From IMG/VR virus record IMGVR_UViG_3300038424_000251, positions 301,300 through 365,299 of that record: a DNA stretch of 64,000 bases; one strand, 5' to 3'. Positions 30,541 through 40,360 of the stretch are shown piece after piece (position 1 is the stretch's first letter; each line of letters starts with the position of its first letter). The translations under genes were made by a program, and so were the position numbers. The notes beneath the pieces are model-generated. The model did no database searches. It was given only the letters and a program-made list of their open reading frames with translations, and was not told where the DNA came from.

Positions 30541-32757
30541 ATGGCATTAAATTTGTTAAATAGTTTTGGGGTTGGGGGAACGGATTATGGTCTATATACA
30601 ATGCAGGCAGATGTGATTGATACACAATATCTTTCACAGTTTTTTGTTATTTCTGAATTTAATCCACAATTTACCGCTGGTAAAAATTCTTTTTCTTTTA
30701 ATGGATCTACTTATCTTAAATCCGGTAGTCAAATTCTTATAGAATGTTTGGATTCTCAAGGCAATGCCCTTCATATTGAATTGGCACAATCTTCTAATGT
30801 TTCTTCTATAACTTATGCTTATAAGGAAGGAACATCCTATATTTTTTCTATATATGTTTTCGGTGATACATCAGATGGTGTTGGTAAAATAATTTTATAT
30901 GGAACATTAATTGATGGAAGAACGGTAAAATGGATACAAAATATTACCATCAATAAAACTTTAAAAAATATTTCAAGAGTAAGATTTTATCGAACACCTG
31001 TGTTAGAAGTTGCGTCTGCTGAAGTTCCTGTTTTAAATTCTAGTATATCTACGGGGTTGGTGAGTAATGAACTGTTTACAGGAACAGTTCAGGGTTTAGC
31101 AATAAGTCCTCCAAAAGATACTAATTTATCTACAATTAATAAACGCAATACGAATATAGATTATAGATTGACATTGTTATCTCCTATTGTTACGGATACT
31201 ACTCCTGACCCGAATGCTTTTAATTCGCAAATGGTGGGTGCTACCATCAATCTCAATATCAATACTATACAATCACCGTTATCTCAAACTAATATTCCCG
31301 TTTCTGCTACAGCATCTTACACTATTACCAGTGTTATAAACAATAGCACCATCCAAATTTCTACACCTTATTATTATAGTGACCAATATGGTAATAGTAC
31401 GATAACTAATATAGTAAATGCAAACTTTTCAATTCAATATCCATTTATAGCATATAATAATGCTACATCCAGTTATCAAACAACAATTATAGGTGGAATT
31501 CCATACATTGTTCAGCAATCATATGCTGATATAACTTATAGAAATATTAGGACATTTTCAGGTTATGTGGCTCGTCATAAAGTGTATAGAAAAAGTTTAT
31601 TATCTACTGCGGACTTTTCAATAGTTGCAGATGAACCTATTATTGCAAATGAATTACTAGAAGATGATATAACTCAAAATGCGTTTTATGATTTATTGGG
31701 TAAATTTTATAATGATGAACATATAGCTCGTTATTGGTTTACGAGTTCCAATAATATATCATTGATTCATTCTCCAAGTTTTGCTATTGATTCTATGTTT
31801 ATATCTTCTCCATCATATACCAGTTTGTCAGGGAGCGATTATTTCATGGTTAAAAGTGATTCTGTAACAACGGATAAAAATGCTATTTATGTTCCCTTTG
31901 ATATGAATCAGTTTTTGGAGGAATCGGGGTCTTCTTATGATTCAAATTTTATAGCTCTAAAAGCTAATGTTCAATATATTATAGAAGTTTCTGCAGTTGT
32001 AATAAAAAACCCATCAGAAACAACGGCTGGATTATCATTTTATTTTACCAGTTCAATTCCTACAGCTCAACAAGAACCTACTTATAATAATACTTTTGGT
32101 ATCAATATTGCCAATTTAGTGGCTAATATTACTTCTTCACAAGTCAATTTTGACAATGTAATTGCTTTTTATACACCTCAAAATGATTTATTTGGGACAT
32201 TGGTGATTGTACCAAGACTTTGCCAATCATATATTAAAAATATTTCATTTAGGGTTTATGGTGATGATGGATTTTCACCTGATGTGTTTGTTACACAGAT
32301 TCCTTGGCCTATTTCTGTAGCTAATGAATGCTTTGATATTAAAGCTGAACTATTTGATATCAATAATAGTTTAGTTTATTCAGATTTGGAGACATTGCAA
32401 AGTTTTGACCCATCAGGTAGCACATTGATACCATATATACCGGGGGGAGGGGGTTATCAAAATTTAGTTGTTACAGGAAGTTTGTTTGTACCAAACTTAC
32501 CAGCAAGACCCGGTGGTTCTGCTATAAGCCAAAGTAGAGTGTTATCGGTTAGAGCTGATGGTGCTATTGTTTTTGACCCGATTGTTGATATTACTTATGA
32601 TAATACATATTTGTATTTAACTTTAGATAATTCATCTAATAGACTGGATACATTACACATTTCTACAAAAAGGTCATTGGTTTCTGAATATGATTCATTA
32701 GCAGGGAGAAAAATTTATTGGTCAGGTAGTACTAAAATAATTGAAACCAGTCCATAA
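30541..32757 (+). CDS. Virion structural protein (beta-rich)
   Basis: Thr/Ser/Ile-rich; FTAGKNSF..G motif; start set at ATG 30541, 3 nt after TATTTATA. Confidence 0.55.
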   Translation: MALNLLNSFGVGGTDYGLYTMQADVIDTQYLSQFFVISEFNPQFTAGKNSFSFNGSTYLKSGSQILIECLDSQGNALHIELAQSSNVSSITYAYKEGTSYIFSIYVFGDTSDGVGKIILYGTLIDGRTVKWIQNITINKTLKNISRVRFYRTPVLEVASAEVPVLNSSISTGLVSNELFTGTVQGLAISPPKDTNLSTINKRNTNIDYRLTLLSPIVTDTTPDPNAFNSQMVGATINLNINTIQSPLSQTNIPVSATASYTITSVINNSTIQISTPYYYSDQYGNSTITNIVNANFSIQYPFIAYNNATSSYQTTIIGGIPYIVQQSYADITYRNIRTFSGYVARHKVYRKSLLSTADFSIVADEPIIANELLEDDITQNAFYDLLGKFYNDEHIARYWFTSSNNISLIHSPSFAIDSMFISSPSYTSLSGSDYFMVKSDSVTTDKNAIYVPFDMNQFLEESGSSYDSNFIALKANVQYIIEVSAVVIKNPSETTAGLSFYFTSSIPTAQQEPTYNNTFGINIANLVANITSSQVNFDNVIAFYTPQNDLFGTLVIVPRLCQSYIKNISFRVYGDDGFSPDVFVTQIPWPISVANECFDIKAELFDINNSLVYSDLETLQSFDPSGSTLIPYIPGGGGYQNLVVTGSLFVPNLPARPGGSAISQSRVLSVRADGAIVFDPIVDITYDNTYLYLTLDNSSNRLDTLHISTKRSLVSEYDSLAGRKIYWSGSTKIIETSP

Positions 32758-32820
32758 AGACTTTATTTATAAATATTATGAAAATTTTTTGTAAACTATG
32801 TAATATAAAAGGAATATATT

Positions 32821-33435
32821 ATGGCTAGACGAAAATGGAATTATGAAACTATACAGCAAGTATTAGATGGTGAAAATCCATTTATTCAGGTTGGTTATGA
32901 ACCAAATATTTCTCAAAGAAAAGAAGGCGAGATATGGAAAGACTCCAGAGGAAATAAATGGCAAAAAAAGAATGGATATAAAGTTCAATTAAGTTCAACT
33001 GACACCCCAATACTTGACAAACTTAACGAATTATCTCGATGTTCTATTTGTGGCACAAATGTTAGAGCATATGGAGATAGGCTAGACCAGAAAGTATTTC
33101 CAAGAACAGGCAAATGTTATGATTGTCTTCAAATAGAAGAAATGGATTATCGTATCAATGGACAGTGGAAAAATTATGAAAAGATGAAATTGCTTAAGAA
33201 TAAACAAGGTGTGTTAGAAGATTTTAAAGAAAAAGTTATAGACTCAATCAACTTTCTTAAAAATGATTCAGGTAAAATGGGTGATGTTTTATCTAATGGT
33301 GAAATAATGACTTGGACAGGTAAATGTAATCCACAATGGTTGAAAGCCGCAGAGGAAGACTTGATAAAAGTCAACGGAGAATTAGAAAAAATGGAAAAAG
33401 AAATAACTACACTTGAATCTGAATTGAAAAAATAA
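32821..33435 (+). CDS. Zn-finger/coiled-coil protein immediately upstream of the terminase
   Basis: CSIC..CYDC; RKEGEIWKDSRGNKWQKKNG; stop 1 nt before terL. Confidence 0.6.
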   Translation: MARRKWNYETIQQVLDGENPFIQVGYEPNISQRKEGEIWKDSRGNKWQKKNGYKVQLSSTDTPILDKLNELSRCSICGTNVRAYGDRLDQKVFPRTGKCYDCLQIEEMDYRINGQWKNYEKMKLLKNKQGVLEDFKEKVIDSINFLKNDSGKMGDVLSNGEIMTWTGKCNPQWLKAAEEDLIKVNGELEKMEKEITTLESELKK

Positions 33436-33436
33436 T

Positions 33437-35050
33437 ATGGTAAATCAACCTACATTAAGAGATATAATAAAAGAAGAGACAAAGAAGTGCATGGAAGACC
33501 CTGCATATTTCATGCGAAAATATGTAAAAATACAGCATCCAACGAGAGGAACTATACTTTTTGATTTATATCCATTTCAAGAAGACACACTTAAGGAGTT
33601 TGATTTACACCGATATATTCTTATACTTAAATCAAGACAATTGGGTATCACCACTTTAATTGCAGCATATTCTTTATGGATGTCCATTTTTAATAGTGAT
33701 AAAAATATTTTAATTATTTCAATAAAACAGGAAGTTTCAAAGGAAATTATCACCAAAGTTCGTTTTGCTAATGAGCATTTGCCATCGTGGTTAAAAGTAA
33801 AGGAAACCACAAATAATTATATGTCTCTTAGATTTGCAAATGGTTCTCAGGTTGCAGCTACGTCATCAGCTAAGGATGCTGGTCGTTCAAAAGCATTGTC
33901 TCTTTTGATTATTGATGAAGCAGCTTTTATTGAAGAGAGTGAAACTATATGGGCATCATCTTATAATACCTTATCAACCGGTGGTAAAGCTATTGTTCTT
34001 TCAACCCCGAATGGTGTTGGTAATTGGTTTCATAAAATGTGGGTGGATGCCGAAAGGAAGAAAAACGATTTTAAAACATTGAGACTTTCGTGGAATCTTC
34101 ACCCAGAACGTGACCAAAAATGGAGAGATGAGCAAACCAAACAACTTGGTGCTAAACTTGCTAGTCAGGAATGTGATGGAGATTTTCTATCATCAGGAGC
34201 AAACGTTGTAGATTTAATAACACTTAAATGGTACGAAGAAAATCCAGAAATGGTAAGAGATAGGAAAGAAGCAAGAAGTGGAGAAGCTTTATGGATATTT
34301 GAAGAACCAATGCAAGGCAAAGATTATCTTGTATGTGCTGACGTAGCTCGTGGTGATGGGTCTGATTTTTCTGCAGCTCATGTGTTTGATATAGAAACCT
34401 TGGAACAAGTTGTAGAATTTCAAGACCAAATAGGTACAAGAGAATTTGGCAATATGTTAGTGTATCTAGCTACCGAATATAATGATGCACTTCTGATTGT
34501 TGAACGTGAAAATATTGGTTGGGCCGTTCTTCAACAAATTATTGACCGCCAATATAAAAATACATTTTATTCTAATACTAATGACCCGAAGATAGCAGAT
34601 GTCTATCATAATATGTCAAATAGATATAATCGTGATGAAGCTAAATTACTTCCGGGATTTTCTACAACAATTAAAACAAGACCATTATTAGTTTCAAAGA
34701 TAGAGGAATATTTTAGAGAAAAGTTGGTTATTATTCATTCTATCAGATTGATTAATGAATTAAAAACTTTTATTTGGGAAAATGGAAAGGCACAAGCAGC
34801 TCAAAATTATAATGATGATTTAGTTTTGGCATTGGGTATGGGATTGTGGGTAAGAGATACAGCTTTAAGACTTAGAAATGAAAAAATGGTTTTAACAAAA
34901 AATATGTTAGATAAAATACACATCAATAAAAATGAAGATAGAACTCCCATTTATACTGCTAAAGTCCAATCAACAGGTCGTGACCAATGGCAAATGAAAT
35001 TTGGTAAAAGACCGGGTGATGTTGAATCCTTAACTTGGTTATTACGATAA
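33437..35050 (+). CDS. gp17: Terminase large subunit (T4 gp17-like)
   Basis: LYPFQ Q-motif, KSRQLGITT Walker A, LLIIDEAAF Walker B, STPNG, nuclease ADVARG..D and NDDLVLAL. Confidence 0.95.
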   Translation: MVNQPTLRDIIKEETKKCMEDPAYFMRKYVKIQHPTRGTILFDLYPFQEDTLKEFDLHRYILILKSRQLGITTLIAAYSLWMSIFNSDKNILIISIKQEVSKEIITKVRFANEHLPSWLKVKETTNNYMSLRFANGSQVAATSSAKDAGRSKALSLLIIDEAAFIEESETIWASSYNTLSTGGKAIVLSTPNGVGNWFHKMWVDAERKKNDFKTLRLSWNLHPERDQKWRDEQTKQLGAKLASQECDGDFLSSGANVVDLITLKWYEENPEMVRDRKEARSGEALWIFEEPMQGKDYLVCADVARGDGSDFSAAHVFDIETLEQVVEFQDQIGTREFGNMLVYLATEYNDALLIVERENIGWAVLQQIIDRQYKNTFYSNTNDPKIADVYHNMSNRYNRDEAKLLPGFSTTIKTRPLLVSKIEEYFREKLVIIHSIRLINELKTFIWENGKAQAAQNYNDDLVLALGMGLWVRDTALRLRNEKMVLTKNMLDKIHINKNEDRTPIYTAKVQSTGRDQWQMKFGKRPGDVESLTWLLR

Positions 35051-35070
35051 ATTGAACATATTTATGTATT

Positions 35071-35274
35071 ATGACAAAAGATAACACGTTAGTATTGATA
35101 AGCCCATATTCTAAATCTAAAATCACTTTAGAATGTTTGGAAGATATTGAGAAATTTCACGGTAAAGATGCATTAAAAGATTCTTTATATGAATTATATC
35201 AATCTGTGATAAATCCTGAAAAATTTGGGATGACTTTAGAAGTTAAAAAAGAATTAAAAATTACATTGAAATAA
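35071..35274 (+). CDS. Small hypothetical protein
   Basis: ORF between terL and portal; TATTTATG 4 nt upstream. Confidence 0.55.
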   Translation: MTKDNTLVLISPYSKSKITLECLEDIEKFHGKDALKDSLYELYQSVINPEKFGMTLEVKKELKITLK

Positions 35275-35286
35275 TAAAAGGATAAT

Positions 35287-37368
35287 ATGCCTGATTCACC
35301 TCTAAGACCAGAAGTAAGAGTAGATAATGACGAAGTTGACATAAAGCAAAAGTCTTTATTTGCGCGTTTAAAGAAGTTGTTTTCTTCAGGCGTTGTAGTT
35401 CGTAACGTTGGTGGTAAAAAACTTAAAGTAAAGGATACCAGCGATTTGATGTACGCAACTGATAGAAACAGTTTGCGTGACCGTTTTAATCGTGTTCGTT
35501 CTACAGCTTATAATGCTTACACTAGAGATTTTTCTCTAGCTTACCAAGCAGCTCGTATTGACCTTTTTAGAGATTATGATACGATGGATATGGACCCTAT
35601 TATCGCATCAGCTTTGGATATTTACGCAGATGAATCGTTAACTGTTAATGAATTGGGAAAAATTTTAGTTGTTCATGCTGAAGATGAAAATATAAAGGGT
35701 ATTCTTACTAATCTTTTTTATGATGTTCTAAATATTGAACATAATCTTTGGTCTTGGACAAGGAATATGGCTAAATATGGTGATTTTTACATGCGCTTAT
35801 ATATTTCGCCTGAATATGGTGTTTATCAGATTGAACCAATTTCTTCCTATAATGTTGAACGGCTTGAAAATACAGACCCACTTAATAAAAATTATGTAAA
35901 GTTTCAAATAAGACCAACCGATACGTCACAAGTTGAAACATTGGAATTTTTTGAGTGTGCTCATTTTAGATTACTTTCTGATTCAAACTTCCTTCCTTAT
36001 GGTAAAGCTATGATTGAAGGAGCACGCCGTGTTTGGAAGCAATTATCTTTAATGGAAGACGCTATGTTGATTAATCGTATTATGCGTGCTCCAGAAAGAC
36101 GTATTTTCAAGTTGGATGTAGGTAACATTCCTCCACAAGATATTGATTCTTTTATAGAAAAGCAGGTAACTAAGTTAAAGAGAGTTCCATATGTTGACCC
36201 TCAAACAGGAGATTATAATCTCAGATTTAATCTTCAAAATATGACGGAAGACTATATTTTGCCTGTTCGTGGTAGTGATAGTGGAACTTCTATTGAAACT
36301 TTGAGTGGTATAGAATGGACGGGTATTGATGATATTCAATATTTACGTAACAAATTAATGGCAGCATTAAAGATTCCTAAAGCTTTCTTAGGTTATGAAG
36401 AAGAACTTTCAGGTAAAGCTACATTAGCATCAGAAGATGTAAGATTTGCTAGAACTATTCAACGTATTCAAAGAGTTCTTATATCAGAACTTGAAAAAAT
36501 TGCTATTGTTCATTTGTATTCACAAGGATATCGTGATGAAAGTTTGGTAAATTTTAAACTTGAACTTACTAATCCATCAACGATTTTTGAGAAGGAAAAG
36601 ATTGAAGTTTGGGGAAATAAAACGGAATTGGCTAAAAATATGATGGAAGCTAAATTATTTTCTAAGCAATGGATTTACAAAAACGTCTTTAATTTGTCCA
36701 AAGATGATTCAGAAGAATTACTTGACCAGATTGTTGAGGATTCCAAACAGGTGTGGAGATTTAAATCCATTGAAGAAGAGGGTAATGACCCTGCTAAACC
36801 ATTTCAGAAAATTAATCCAAAAGCTGAAGGTCTTCCACCGGGTGGTGGAGGATTGCCTGAATTGGGCGGCGGCGGATTACCTGAACTAGGCGGAGCTGGT
36901 GTCGGTGGATTACCTGAACTGGGACCTCCAGTAGGAGGCGGTGGAGCTGGCGTATTACCACCGTTACAAGAAGCAAAGATTAAAGGAGATACTAATTATG
37001 CTAAATGGAATCAAATGGCTATCAATAATACTGGAAGTATAGAAGAGGAACATGGTGAACATGCTGAAGATTATGAAAGGCCGTCGCAAGAAGGGGAACA
37101 TGATGCTCGCAAACAACACCGTTTTGGAGAAGACCCCCTCGGTGATTTGGAAAATAAAAGAAAACCGAGAAAAAGTAGTAATTCTCTGACACCAAAATGG
37201 GCAAAGAATTCTCCATTCAGTCTTGAAACACTTCAAAGAAGTAGTTTGATTAAGAATCTTAACTCTTATTTGGATAAATCAAAAAGAGAAAAAAAGGAAT
37301 TAATTAAGGAAGCAACGACAACAGGAAGCAAGTCAATGCTTGATGAAGATAACATAATTGATGAATAA
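35287..37368 (+). CDS. gp20: Portal protein (T4 gp20-like) with a long low-complexity C-terminal extension
   Basis: LMEDAMLINRIMRAPERRIFKLDVGNIP, EDYILPVRG, ALKIPKAFL, EDVRFARTIQRIQ. Confidence 0.92.
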   Translation: MPDSPLRPEVRVDNDEVDIKQKSLFARLKKLFSSGVVVRNVGGKKLKVKDTSDLMYATDRNSLRDRFNRVRSTAYNAYTRDFSLAYQAARIDLFRDYDTMDMDPIIASALDIYADESLTVNELGKILVVHAEDENIKGILTNLFYDVLNIEHNLWSWTRNMAKYGDFYMRLYISPEYGVYQIEPISSYNVERLENTDPLNKNYVKFQIRPTDTSQVETLEFFECAHFRLLSDSNFLPYGKAMIEGARRVWKQLSLMEDAMLINRIMRAPERRIFKLDVGNIPPQDIDSFIEKQVTKLKRVPYVDPQTGDYNLRFNLQNMTEDYILPVRGSDSGTSIETLSGIEWTGIDDIQYLRNKLMAALKIPKAFLGYEEELSGKATLASEDVRFARTIQRIQRVLISELEKIAIVHLYSQGYRDESLVNFKLELTNPSTIFEKEKIEVWGNKTELAKNMMEAKLFSKQWIYKNVFNLSKDDSEELLDQIVEDSKQVWRFKSIEEEGNDPAKPFQKINPKAEGLPPGGGGLPELGGGGLPELGGAGVGGLPELGPPVGGGGAGVLPPLQEAKIKGDTNYAKWNQMAINNTGSIEEEHGEHAEDYERPSQEGEHDARKQHRFGEDPLGDLENKRKPRKSSNSLTPKWAKNSPFSLETLQRSSLIKNLNSYLDKSKREKKELIKEATTTGSKSMLDEDNIIDE
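36841..36960 (+). repeat. GGGGLPEL repeats in the portal tail
   Basis: ggatt(g/a)cctgaa(t/c)t repeated three times within a Gly-rich, GC-rich stretch. Confidence 0.8.
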
Positions 37369-37429
37369 TGAAATAATACATTTTCATATGTTCACATCAT
37401 ATTTATAAATAAGTGTAAAGGTTGAATAT

Positions 37430-38302
37430 ATGCCTAAGAAAATGCGCCACTCAAAGTTTAGAAATACAGGTATTTTGTTTGAATTGTTGACACGACAAGT
37501 GACAGCAGATATTATTGCTGGTAAAGATGAGTCGGAAGCTAAAGATTTACTTTTTAAATACTTTAAAGAAAACACCGAATTGGGCCGAGAATGGCGTCTT
37601 TATAATTTTCTTTTGTCTGAAAAAATCAAGGATGAGCACCATGCGGATAGATTTTTGTCGGTTATTGTAGAACAACGAAAAAAACTTAGTAACGCTAAAT
37701 TAGCGAGGGAAAAATACGAATTAATTAAGGAAATTAAGGAACTTTATCCAATTAACGATTTTTTAAAAGCAAATATTAAAAATTATAGGACTTTAGCTTC
37801 CATATTCAAACTATTTGAAGATGATTCTTCCAAAGATTTGAAATTTGATGCAAAAGAAGTTTATCAAGCAAAAACGTGTATTATTGAAAACATTGTTGAT
37901 AGACCGAAGAAATCTGGTGAAGAGGATATTCTTAAGTTTTATGCACAACAAAATGAAGATGTTCGTCTTTTATCTTATCGTATATTGGTCGAAGGTATGA
38001 ATAAGAAATATAAAGATTTAGATGAAAATCAAAAGAATGTTCTTCGTGAATATATTAACAATATTTCCAATACTAATTCGCTTGGTGAATATATTGTAAA
38101 AGAAGTGGATAATGTAAAGAAACAATTGTGTGAATTATCATCAAAAATTAAGGATAATGATGTAATAAGAATAAAAATCAACGAAGTTGTTCGTCAACTG
38201 AATAAAGTAAAACCATTACCAAATAAAATAGTAAAGGATAATCAAGTTATGGTTGTTTTACTTTCTTATGAACTTTTGAAAGAAATTAAAAATCAACTTT
38301 AA
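37430..38302 (+). CDS. Head-module protein (putative prohead core/assembly)
   Basis: HSKFRNTGILFELLTRQ N-terminus, helical, between portal and protease, with its own TATTTATA. Confidence 0.55.
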   Translation: MPKKMRHSKFRNTGILFELLTRQVTADIIAGKDESEAKDLLFKYFKENTELGREWRLYNFLLSEKIKDEHHADRFLSVIVEQRKKLSNAKLAREKYELIKEIKELYPINDFLKANIKNYRTLASIFKLFEDDSSKDLKFDAKEVYQAKTCIIENIVDRPKKSGEEDILKFYAQQNEDVRLLSYRILVEGMNKKYKDLDENQKNVLREYINNISNTNSLGEYIVKEVDNVKKQLCELSSKIKDNDVIRIKINEVVRQLNKVKPLPNKIVKDNQVMVVLLSYELLKEIKNQL

Positions 38303-38307
38303 AAAAA

Positions 38308-40359
38308 GTGAAAAAATCTCAATTCCAATCATTGATTAAAAATGTGGTTGAAGAACAATTAGGACGATGGGTTTCTCCTAGTGAGTTAAATAAACAAACA
38401 CCACAACAGAAGGGAGTTGTGCAATATTTGGAAAAACTTAATTATCGTGTTACATCCACAATGCCTGCAGATACAACAGGTAAAACTGTAATAGTTATTA
38501 TGGATAAATCGGGTGGAAAATATGGCCATGAAGAAGCATTAGTAAATCCTAATGGTTCTGTGACTGGAAAGGCTGCATCTGATATTCCTATGAGCCTTAC
38601 GGGTGGAGGTTTAGATTTTTCTATTGTTGAAAAAAAATTACATCTTAAATTTCGGATTAAAAATATGGTAGAAAAAGCTATATTGAATGAGATACTTGGT
38701 GTTGGTCCAGATATTCATCAAGCTACAATAACTCAGAAACGAGCTATTAACACATTGAAAAAAATAGGATTTATTCTTAGAAATACTTATCCAACATCAG
38801 ATGGCGTAGGTATAATTCTCATAAGACATAAAGGGAAGCTTGGTAGTCCAGTAACAAGAGTTGCAAATATAAAACCAGATGGAAGTATTAATGAGCCACA
38901 TATAAATCTTAGTAAATATCTTAGTTTTGTTGGTGGTGGCGCTGGAGGTTCTGAACGTGGAGTTTCTTTACATGAATTGAGTAAACAAACATCATCACAA
39001 ACAAGAGCAGTTAATCATTTTGAAAGGAGAGGGTATCATATAAAATCTACGTCGCCTATAAGTGACAGAACTATAAATGTTATTATGACTAAATCGGGTG
39101 GTAGATTTGCCAGTGATGAAGTAATAATTGGACCAGATGGTTCTGTAAATGGAAAAGTATCTGCTACTCCTATTATTCATGAAAAAATGACTACGAGAGC
39201 CGACTTAGCAGCTGATGTGGGTCTTGGTGGCACAATGAAAGCTGTGAACGTTGCAGAAGAAAATGAGGAAAGAACATGCGACTGTGGTAGTGGATTACCT
39301 AGTAAATGGGAACGTGATGGTCAGGGTATTCCTTTGGTAAGAGCGTGTGATAAATGTAGAAAGCAGAAACTATCAAAATATCGTCCAGAAATTCTTAGAC
39401 CATATACTCAAGCAGATGTGGATGAACCGATTGAACCAGAAGATTATGAGGAACAAATGGGTGCAGTTGGTGGATATGCTACTCCATATGTGTTTAAAAA
39501 GAAAATAAGAGAAAAAATCGGTCCTGATGGAAAGTATCAAGATGATATGGAAAGTGGTGTTAGGTCAAAAAGAATTTCTGGTCTTTCTGAAATTGGTGTA
39601 GGTTTGACTACGGCTGCCGCAGTAGGGGGTATTGCTTTTATTTATATGTTATTAAACCGTATAATTAACCGTGGTTCTAACATTTACGCTGGTGGTGGTG
39701 AGTGGGAGAAAATAGAGATAACACAAGATAACATAAATATGATGCTTGATTTGATAAAAGCACATAATCCAAGACTAAAAGATGCAGATATTGAATTTGT
39801 TAAAAATCAAATTATGAATGAAATAAAGGGTGGTACAGTAAAAACCGTGGGAGATTTAAAAAAATATTTAAAAGCAAGAGAATTGGAATCGAGAAAAAAA
39901 TTAGAAGAAATACATAGGTCAGGACTCCATAGGTTAGGAATGGATTATTCTATAATTAAAAAAGTAAGAAATGCAGCTTCTAGATTTTTTAAGGTCCCTG
40001 TAGGAAATATTGAAAATATTAAAGTATTATATAAAATTACTCCTACTGATATTGTGTTTGAAATTATTTTGGGGCCACCAAGATGGGAAAGAAAATTTAT
40101 AAGATTTCATGGTATAAATAATCCTTTTGAAGTATGGGATGAAGAGCAAGAGAAATTTGTACCAACTCTTAAAACAGTTAGAAATTTTCCTCCAGAGGAA
40201 GAAGAAAATATTCAGGAAATGACAGCAACGGGTGCTATAGCTGGATATGCTACACCATTTGCATTTTCTAAAAAGAAAAGTGGTAGTCAAAGAGCATTAG
40301 ATGTAACTAAAAAGTTAGGATTTAAAGTAGTAGAAAGTATTTTAGAGAAGGTGAAGTAA
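38308..40359 (+). CDS. Multi-module putative internal head polyprotein
   Basis: MKKSQFQSLIKNVVEE start; three approximately 60-aa repeats; a CDC..CDKC module; a hydrophobic helix; two GYATP(Y/F)xF motifs. Confidence 0.6.
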   Translation: MKKSQFQSLIKNVVEEQLGRWVSPSELNKQTPQQKGVVQYLEKLNYRVTSTMPADTTGKTVIVIMDKSGGKYGHEEALVNPNGSVTGKAASDIPMSLTGGGLDFSIVEKKLHLKFRIKNMVEKAILNEILGVGPDIHQATITQKRAINTLKKIGFILRNTYPTSDGVGIILIRHKGKLGSPVTRVANIKPDGSINEPHINLSKYLSFVGGGAGGSERGVSLHELSKQTSSQTRAVNHFERRGYHIKSTSPISDRTINVIMTKSGGRFASDEVIIGPDGSVNGKVSATPIIHEKMTTRADLAADVGLGGTMKAVNVAEENEERTCDCGSGLPSKWERDGQGIPLVRACDKCRKQKLSKYRPEILRPYTQADVDEPIEPEDYEEQMGAVGGYATPYVFKKKIREKIGPDGKYQDDMESGVRSKRISGLSEIGVGLTTAAAVGGIAFIYMLLNRIINRGSNIYAGGGEWEKIEITQDNINMMLDLIKAHNPRLKDADIEFVKNQIMNEIKGGTVKTVGDLKKYLKARELESRKKLEEIHRSGLHRLGMDYSIIKKVRNAASRFFKVPVGNIENIKVLYKITPTDIVFEIILGPPRWERKFIRFHGINNPFEVWDEEQEKFVPTLKTVRNFPPEEEENIQEMTATGAIAGYATPFAFSKKKSGSQRALDVTKKLGFKVVESILEKVK

Positions 40360-40360
40360 T

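Noticed and set aside
32821-33435. Calling the gene upstream of terL the small terminase
   Set aside because: Only its position supports this; I saw no recognisable gp16-like sequence.
32764-37411. TATTTATAAATA palindromes at 32764 and 37400 as bidirectional promoters or operator sites
   Set aside because: Only two cases, easily produced by chance in AT-rich DNA, and no credible antisense gene follows either.
38295-38310. CTT TAA AAAAA GTG junction as a possible frameshift fusing 37430 and 38308
   Set aside because: There is no in-frame slippery heptamer before the stop, and GTG gives MKKSQF.., matching the N-terminal motif of sibling proteins, so independent initiation is simpler.
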